From Candidatus Bathyarchaeota archaeon (lineage in GTDB: Archaea > Thermoproteota > Bathyarchaeia > TCS64): a DNA stretch of 64,000 bases. This document shows, in pieces, positions 57,999 to 64,000 of the stretch (position 1 is its first letter; each line of letters starts with the position of its first letter). A program made the position numbers and the translations under genes. The stretch covers positions 288,001-352,000 of the forward strand of contig CAVYLP010000004.1 of the NCBI GenBank assembly GCA_963769425.1, written 5' to 3'. The notes beneath the pieces were generated by a model, which was not told where the DNA came from, did not search any database, and worked only from the letters and a program-made list of their open reading frames with translations.

Positions 57999-58430
57999 AT
58001 GAGTCCTAGCCGCCTCTATCCTGAGCGCCCCATGATCGGTGTGGGTACGCTGATCCGAAAGGGCGAGGAGTACCTCCTGATCAAGCGCGCATCCGAGCCC
58101 GATAAGGGGCTCTGGTCAGTCCCCGGGGGGATGGTGGAGCTTGGAGAGAAGACGAGGGAGGCCGCCGTGAGGGAGGCGGAGGAGGAGACGGGGCTCGTAG
58201 TGGAGATTCTTGAGGACCTCGGCGTCGTCGACAAGATAGTGAGGGATGAGGCGGGGAGGGTGAGGTACCACTTCGTGATAATCGACTACCTCGCGGAGCC
58301 GGTCTCGGGGGTGATGCACCACCACGATGACGCCTTAGACGCCCGCTGGGTTCACCCGCGTGACTTCAGGAAGTACGAGATGTCCCCGACGCTTGTTGAT
58401 CTATTGAAGAAGATCGACCTGTACCCCTAG
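57999..58430 (+). CDS. Nudix hydrolase
   Basis: GGMVELGEKTREAAVREAEEETG Nudix box. Confidence 0.9.
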   Translation: MSPSRLYPERPMIGVGTLIRKGEEYLLIKRASEPDKGLWSVPGGMVELGEKTREAAVREAEEETGLVVEILEDLGVVDKIVRDEAGRVRYHFVIIDYLAEPVSGVMHHHDDALDARWVHPRDFRKYEMSPTLVDLLKKIDLYP

Positions 58431-58480
58431 ACCTGAGCCCCTCACGCTTTTAAGGAGAGAAACCCACCTGAGTTGCCGTA

Positions 58481-59416
58481 GTGATTGCTTTGGTTAAGGC
58501 ATCCGACTTCAAGGGGAAGGACGTACTGTCCATGCGGGACTACGGCCGCGAGGAGATCGACTTCATCCTCGACGAGTCCACGAAGATGGTTAAGGTGGCG
58601 GAGAAGCCCAGCGCCCTCTGCGCGGGCAAGGTGATGGCGGCGCTATTCTGGGAGCCGAGCACGCGCACTCGCCTCAGCTTCGAGACGGCGATGCTCCGCC
58701 TCGGCGGAGGAGTCACGGGCTTCAGCGACCCGAGCGCCAGCTCGGTGAAGAAGGGGGAGACGCTGGAGGATACGATAAAGACGGTGGAGTGCTACGCGGA
58801 CATAATCGCGATGCGCCACCCGGAGATCGACTCCGCTGCGAGAGCAGCGGCTGCAGCTAGCATCCCGATCCTCAACGGTGGGGCGGGCTCGGGCGAGCAC
58901 CCGACTCAAGCCCTCCTCGACCTGCACACGATGAAGTATGCGAAGGGGAAGATCGACGGGCTGAAGATCGGGCTCTGCGGCGACCTCCTCTACGGGCGTA
59001 CCACACACAGCCTCGCACTTGCCCTGAACCACTTCGACGTGGAGCTATACCTCATCGCCCCCAAGGAGCTGTCGATGAAGGAGGACATCAGGAAAGACCT
59101 CAAGATGAAGGTCAACGAGGGGACCGACTTAGCCAAGGTCATCCCCAAGCTCGACGTCCTCTACGACACGCGCATCCAGAAGGAGCGCTTCACAGACCCG
59201 GCGAAGTACGAGGAGCTGAAGAACGCGTACATCATCGACCCCGCGATGGTGAGAAGAGGGAAGAAGGACCTCGTCCTCATGCACCCGCTCCCCCGCGTCA
59301 ACGAGATCACGACGGACGTTGACTCGATGCCGAACGCGTGGTACTTCAAACAGGTGAAGCACGGCGTCTACGTGAGGATGGCGCTCATCGCCCTCCTCCT
59401 CGGAGCCATCAAGTGA
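58481..59416 (+). CDS. pyrB: Aspartate carbamoyltransferase catalytic subunit
   Basis: EPSTRT, HPTQ, TRIQKERF, MHPLPR. Confidence 0.95.
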   Translation: MIALVKASDFKGKDVLSMRDYGREEIDFILDESTKMVKVAEKPSALCAGKVMAALFWEPSTRTRLSFETAMLRLGGGVTGFSDPSASSVKKGETLEDTIKTVECYADIIAMRHPEIDSAARAAAAASIPILNGGAGSGEHPTQALLDLHTMKYAKGKIDGLKIGLCGDLLYGRTTHSLALALNHFDVELYLIAPKELSMKEDIRKDLKMKVNEGTDLAKVIPKLDVLYDTRIQKERFTDPAKYEELKNAYIIDPAMVRRGKKDLVLMHPLPRVNEITTDVDSMPNAWYFKQVKHGVYVRMALIALLLGAIK

Positions 59417-59424
59417 CCTTTTTT

Positions 59425-60045
59425 CTAGCCTACCCATAAGTAGGCAAGGGAGAGACAACCAAAGCCAGCGATTATCAGGCCGGACCCCATGTTCACGGCC
59501 CTCATCCACCGGTCGTCGAACCTGCCCCTGAGCAGCCCCACGTCGAGGGTCAGCACTACCCACCAGCAGGCTGATCCGAGGAAGACGCCAAGCGTCACAA
59601 TCGCTGCCTGATCGAGCCCCACCAAGGCGACGCCGAAGCCCGCGAAGACCGCCGTGAACATCAGTATGGTGAGCGGATTCGTCACCGTTAACAGGAGTGT
59701 GGAGAGGTAGTTTGTGAGGAGGCCCCCACCCTTAGCCTCTGCAGCCCTCTCCAGGGGGCGCGACCTGAAGGTCTGGGCGCCGAGGTAGACTAGGAAGGCA
59801 CCCCCGATTAACCTCAGCCACGTCTGCTGTCCGATGAGGAAACTGGAGACGAATGAGAGGCCGAAAGCCGCGACTCCCCCATAGGACGCGTCGCCTGTTG
59901 CCGCGCCTAGCCCTGTGACTAGTCCCTTGAGTCTCCCCTCGGCGAGGGTCCTCCTGATGCAGAGGACGCCGATTGGCCCGACGGGTATGGCTATGCTCAA
60001 CCCGATTATGAAACCTCGGGCGAGGAGGTCGAGCGTCGGGGCCAT
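59425..60045 (-). CDS. LysE-family exporter
   Basis: IPVGP, NP, multi-TM. Confidence 0.85.
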   Translation of the reverse strand: MAPTLDLLARGFIIGLSIAIPVGPIGVLCIRRTLAEGRLKGLVTGLGAATGDASYGGVAAFGLSFVSSFLIGQQTWLRLIGGAFLVYLGAQTFRSRPLERAAEAKGGGLLTNYLSTLLLTVTNPLTILMFTAVFAGFGVALVGLDQAAIVTLGVFLGSACWWVVLTLDVGLLRGRFDDRWMRAVNMGSGLIIAGFGCLSLAYLWVG

Positions 60046-60086
60046 GGAGAAACTTGGCCGCGACTCGTTAAAAGATGCTCGACCGG

Positions 60087-60524
60087 CTAGGGTGTGACCA
60101 TGAAGTCGAAATTCTTGCCCTTGACTATCTTTGCCTCCTCTGGGCAGACGTTTATGATAACCCTCTCGTGTAGGTGGCTACCCTGCGTGAACCATGGGTA
60201 CTTGGCGAACTCGGGATGCCAGAAGAGCATCCACCACTTCCACTTCTGGCGGACTTCCTCCTCGGGGGCCAGGGTGGCTGAGCCGGTTATCTCGTACATA
60301 TCTCCCTCCCTGTTGCTCGGGAAGGTGATCTTGATCCTGGGGTTCTTCGTTATTTGCTCGACCTTGTTCGTCTGCCTGAAGGTGGCGAACCAGATGGTGC
60401 TGTAGGGGTCCTCGTTGTAGTTGGTCATCGGCCTGTGGAACTGCTTGCCGCGCTCGCCGATGGTTGTTACGTAGACGACCCTCGCGTTCTTGAAATCCTC
60501 ATCCATTCCCTCTATCTTGTTCAT
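60087..60524 (-). CDS. Pyridoxamine 5'-phosphate oxidase-like (split barrel) protein
   Basis: HRPM, IWFAT..TNKVEQI..NP. Confidence 0.75.
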   Translation of the reverse strand: MNKIEGMDEDFKNARVVYVTTIGERGKQFHRPMTNYNEDPYSTIWFATFRQTNKVEQITKNPRIKITFPSNREGDMYEITGSATLAPEEEVRQKWKWWMLFWHPEFAKYPWFTQGSHLHERVIINVCPEEAKIVKGKNFDFMVTP

Positions 60525-60570
60525 GTCGGGTAATATTTTGAGGAATCTTTTTTTAAACAGGTGAGATGGC

Positions 60571-61227
60571 TCAGCCCTTGTCGACGCGTGTGAACATGTC
60601 GCGTACCCGCCTCCACCTGTTCTCTTCCTCGTTGGTTTGTGGTGCTTTTGCTTCCTTTGTGTATGCCTCGGGGATTCGGTAGAGGAACATCTTGTGGCTC
60701 CCCATAACGTGGGGGGAGCCGTCGGGTTGGTCGGTGACCCAGCCGTGGATGGGAAAGTCGTGGCTCACGACCCTAGCGCCGGGCTTGAGCTCGGCCTCCA
60801 GCTTCGGGCGGAGCTTGGCGTTCCCGCTTGTGGTTAGGTAGAGGGTCACTATCGTGGCGGGGCTGAGGTCCACCTCCATGAAGTTGGTCTGGATCGCGGC
60901 TATGCGCCCGACCATCCCAGATTCCTTTATCTTCTTCTCCAGCGCCTCGACCATTTCATGGTCGAGGTCGTAGCCGACGGCCCGGGTGACGTTGAACTCC
61001 TGCACGGCGGTGAATAGTACGCGCCCGTCGCCGCAGCCGAGGTCGTAGACGACGTCCCCGGGGCCCGCGCCGGCGAGTGTGAGCATCTCGCGGACTATGT
61101 TTTGGGGGGTTGGCACGTAGGGGGCGAGGCTGTCGGGGTGGTCTCCCCAGAAGGTGGCGCGGACCCAGTCCGGCACCTTGCGCTCCTGCTCCTCGGGGCG
61201 CCGCTCATCGACCATAAGTGAAGACAC
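60571..61227 (-). CDS. Class I SAM-dependent methyltransferase
   Basis: APYVPTP, YDLGCGDGR, TLYL, RVVSHDF. Confidence 0.85.
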   Translation of the reverse strand: MSSLMVDERRPEEQERKVPDWVRATFWGDHPDSLAPYVPTPQNIVREMLTLAGAGPGDVVYDLGCGDGRVLFTAVQEFNVTRAVGYDLDHEMVEALEKKIKESGMVGRIAAIQTNFMEVDLSPATIVTLYLTTSGNAKLRPKLEAELKPGARVVSHDFPIHGWVTDQPDGSPHVMGSHKMFLYRIPEAYTKEAKAPQTNEEENRWRRVRDMFTRVDKG

Positions 61228-61294
61228 GCCCTAACCCGTTCATATACCCTGCGAGGGGTCTCAAGTTTTAAGCCCAACAGGCGGAGGATCATTC

Positions 61295-61777
61295 ATGGAG
61301 TTCAAGGTCGTTAGGGTGGAGGCCCCGCAGGACTGTAACCTCATCCTCGGGCAGAGCCACTTCATAAAGACGGTCGAGGACGTCTACGAGGCTCTCGCCT
61401 CGTCGGCGGCCGGGATCAAGTTTGGGCTCGCCTTCTGCGAGTCGAGCGGGGAGTGTCTGGTCCGCCATGATGGGAACGACGCAGAGCTAAGGAGGAAGGC
61501 GGCGGAGGCGGCCCTCGCCATCGGTTGCGGGCACAGCTTCATAGTCTTCCTCAAGGGAGCCTACCCGATCAACGTCCTCACCCAGCTGAAGGCTGTACCC
61601 GAGGTCTGCGGCATCTACGCCGCGACCTCCAACCCCCTAGAGGTCATCGTTGTAGAGACGGATCAGGGCCGCGGCATCATGGGCGTCGTCGATGGAGCTA
61701 AGCCGAGGGGCGTCGAGGACGAGGTCGGGATCAAGTGGCGCAGGGACTTCCTCAGGAAGATTGGGTACAAGACCTGA
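61295..61777 (+). CDS. Adenosine-specific kinase / DUF355 family
   Basis: GQSHFIKTVED, GHSF, RGIMGVVDG, LRKIGYK. Confidence 0.85.
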   Translation: MEFKVVRVEAPQDCNLILGQSHFIKTVEDVYEALASSAAGIKFGLAFCESSGECLVRHDGNDAELRRKAAEAALAIGCGHSFIVFLKGAYPINVLTQLKAVPEVCGIYAATSNPLEVIVVETDQGRGIMGVVDGAKPRGVEDEVGIKWRRDFLRKIGYKT

Positions 61778-61796
61778 TCCTCAGGGAGATGGTTTC

Positions 61797-62205
61797 ATGG
61801 AGTTCGACACCAAGATAGTCGTGATCATCCGTGAGGACCTCGCCACTATGGCAGAAGCTCAACGTCACGGCCTTCACCGTAAGCGGCTTAGCGGGCACTG
61901 AGCAGATAGTCGGCGAGAACTACGTGGACGCCTCAGGGAACAAGTACCTCCCCATGAGCAGGCAGCCCATACTCGTCTTCGGAGCCACCCGCGAGCAGAT
62001 GAGGGAGGTCTACAACCGCGCCATGAAGAGGAACATGCGCTTTACAATCTACACCGAGGAGCTCTTCAAGACCTACAATGACGACGACAACCGGGCCGCC
62101 GTCGCGACGGTCAAGGCAGAGGATCTGAACCTCGTTGGGATGGCGATCAGGAGCACAAAGAGGCAGATAGACACAGTTGTAAAGGGGCTCAGACTACACC
62201 CATAG
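61797..62205 (+). CDS. DUF2000 family protein (extra base at ~61848)
   Basis: MEFDTKIVVIIREDLAT|WQKLNVTAF..GENYVDASG. Confidence 0.75.
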
Positions 62206-62215
62206 AGGAGTGAAT

Positions 62216-62740
62216 GTGTTGGAAGTCTACGAGGCTGTACAAAGGCGAAAGTCTGTGCGCGCATACGAGTCGACACCCATCCCGAAGGAGGTTATGGAAA
62301 GGGTCATGGAGGCCGCCCGGATCTCCCCCTCGGCTAGCAACCGCCAACCCTGGCACTTCATAATCGTCACCGACCCCGAGAAGAGGAAAGCACTCTCAAA
62401 AGGGCTCTACGCAAAGTTCGTCCACGAGGCACCCACAGTAATCGTGGCCTGCGGCGACGCGAAAGCGTCCCCCAACTGGTACGCCGTGGACACCGCGATA
62501 GCCATCCAGAGCATGGTCCTCGTCGCCACGGGGGAGGGACTCGGCACGTGCTGGATCGGTAGCTTCGACGAAACGGATGTCAAGAAACTCCTAGACATCC
62601 CCGACCACCTCAGGGTCGTCGCCCTGCTCCCCCTCGGTTACCCCCGCGACAAGATCGATCTAGTTAAGGTACTAAACCAGACCATGAGGAAGAGGAAGAC
62701 GCTAAACGAGATATTTAACCAAGAAAGATACAATGCGTAG
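62216..62740 (+). CDS. Nitroreductase family protein
   Basis: RKSVRAY, SPSASNRQPW, GLGTCWIG, LGYP. Confidence 0.9.
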   Translation: MLEVYEAVQRRKSVRAYESTPIPKEVMERVMEAARISPSASNRQPWHFIIVTDPEKRKALSKGLYAKFVHEAPTVIVACGDAKASPNWYAVDTAIAIQSMVLVATGEGLGTCWIGSFDETDVKKLLDIPDHLRVVALLPLGYPRDKIDLVKVLNQTMRKRKTLNEIFNQERYNA

Positions 62741-63108
62741 TTATCAAATAGCTAAGCTCGACGAATGGAGCCTAGCGCTTCCTGCATAGACAAAACGGCC
62801 GATTCCTTATCTCTCCTCAAGCTCACGTACAAGTTCTTCCCTGTTTTTTCAACTCATCTAAGGATCATTTCCGTCCGCCAACTCTTGGGTTCCCAGAGCA
62901 GAGTATGCGCATCTCTTTTCTGCTCCTCGCGGGCTTTTTCTTATCCCTTACCATGAATTATTCTTAGTGCTTTATCTTGGGAATAAATTGAATATATCTC
63001 ACCTTTTTTTTGGATATGATTTTCAAGCTTCCGAATTAAGAACCAACATCTAGTTAGTCGCCCAATCTGATTCGGAAAAATTTATCTTTATCTAGTGTTG
63101 ACGCATGA

Positions 63109-63758
63109 TCAGCCGTGGCCGAGTACTCGCCTCAGGGCGGCGGGCAGCTCTTTCAGATCGATGTCTCCCCTGATGGTCTTGATCTCCCCCCTCTTCTCGT
63201 AGAAGTCGAGGAGGGGTCGTGTCTTCTCCCTGTATACCTCGAGCCTCCGTCCTTATGACCTCGGGCTTGTCGTCGTTCCTCTGAACGAGGGCTGTGGCGC
63301 AGACGTCGCATTTGCCACTCGATCTCGGCGGCTTGTTCTCTAGGTGGAAGATGGCCCCGCACTTTGGGCAGCTCCTCCTCTTGCTTAGCCTGTCGATGAT
63401 GACCTCGTCTTCTAGGTTGACGTGGAGTACGTGGTCGAGTCTTTTCCCTGTCTGCTTTGAGTACATTCTCCAGCGTGTCCGCTTGCCTCGGGCTCCGGGG
63501 ATAGCCGTCTAGAATGAAGCCGTTCGCTGTGTCGGGCTCCCTGAGCCTCTCCGCGACGAGGTCGTTCACAAGGTCGTCGGGAACCAACTCGCCCCGCTCC
63601 ATGTACCCTTTAGCGGTTACTCCAAGCGGCGTCGCCTTGGCAACAGCCGCCCTCAGCATATCCCCCGTTGTGATGACGGGCACGCCATACATCTCACCGA
63701 TGATTTTAGCACATGTCCCCTTGCCGGACCCAGGCGGACCGAGAAGCACGACCCTCAA
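63109..63758 (-). CDS. adk: Adenylate kinase, bacterial-type with Zn-lid (extra bases at ~63457 and ~63250)
   Basis: GPPGSGKGT, TGDMLR, GELVPD, LDGYPR; CPKC..CDVC..QRNDD; RLEVYREKTRPLLDFY, spread over three frames. Confidence 0.9.
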
Positions 63759-64000
63759 AGAACAGCCTCCAAGAGCACGCAGATACCCGTCCAAGCGATT
63801 ATAACGTTTACGGGGCCCCAAACAAGAAAGAAATTATAATCTGACTAAAAGCCTCTGGGATAGAGTTTTAGCATCGACTGTATGAATGGCCAGTGCTGGG
63901 GCGATAAATAGGATGGGTAACTATACATTCTGGTCATCTGTCCATTCGTATCCAGTCTCAGCTTCGCGGATGTCTTGCTCAAGAGTTCGATGTCTCTCTT

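Noticed and set aside
62741-63108. Short ORFs in the AT-rich gap before adk
   Set aside because: No recognisable protein motif; interrupted frames.
9682-63458. Selenocysteine, pyrrolysine or programmed frameshifting as the cause of split genes
   Set aside because: The breaks are frame changes rather than in-frame UGA/UAG at catalytic positions, and they share no slippery sequence.
5455-63804. Numerous antisense or alternate-frame ORFs in the track (e.g. 15234..16013, 26715..27392, 37041..37700)
   Set aside because: Shadows of well-supported GC-rich genes; biased composition and no motifs.
1-64000. CRISPR array, tRNA, rRNA, transposase or integrase
   Set aside because: No regularly spaced repeats, cloverleaf with T-loop consensus, rRNA-like stretch or DDE/tyrosine recombinase motifs were seen by eye.

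Overview
Archaeal chromosomal segment, most likely TACK/Bathyarchaeia (inferred from rpS30e, fibrillarin/Nop5, GatDE, Elp3, GPN GTPase, archaeal-type GlyRS and an HMGS-thiolase-DUF35 cluster). Bases 1-~5450 are an AT-rich island resembling the edge of an integrated virus/plasmid: an RHH repressor heads an operon of small ORFs that ends in a JAB/MPN protein, followed by HEPN, ConA-like and membrane-tailed PIN genes. The rest is GC-rich housekeeping and metabolic DNA. Best leads: (1) seven small winged-helix genes (two paralogue groups) beside a stand-alone NurA-HerA pair; (2) a thiolase with all three catalytic motifs replaced, inside an otherwise intact HMGS/thiolase/DUF35 cluster; (3) a nested structured leader ahead of serB and a Cys/Met PLP enzyme, near an archaeal luxS; (4) a second multi-hairpin element at ~30.5 kb. 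Nine single-base frameshifts in eight genes, including gatE and adk, are probably long-read consensus errors. No tRNA, rRNA, CRISPR array or transposase was seen. All calls come from motif recognition by eye; no searches were run.
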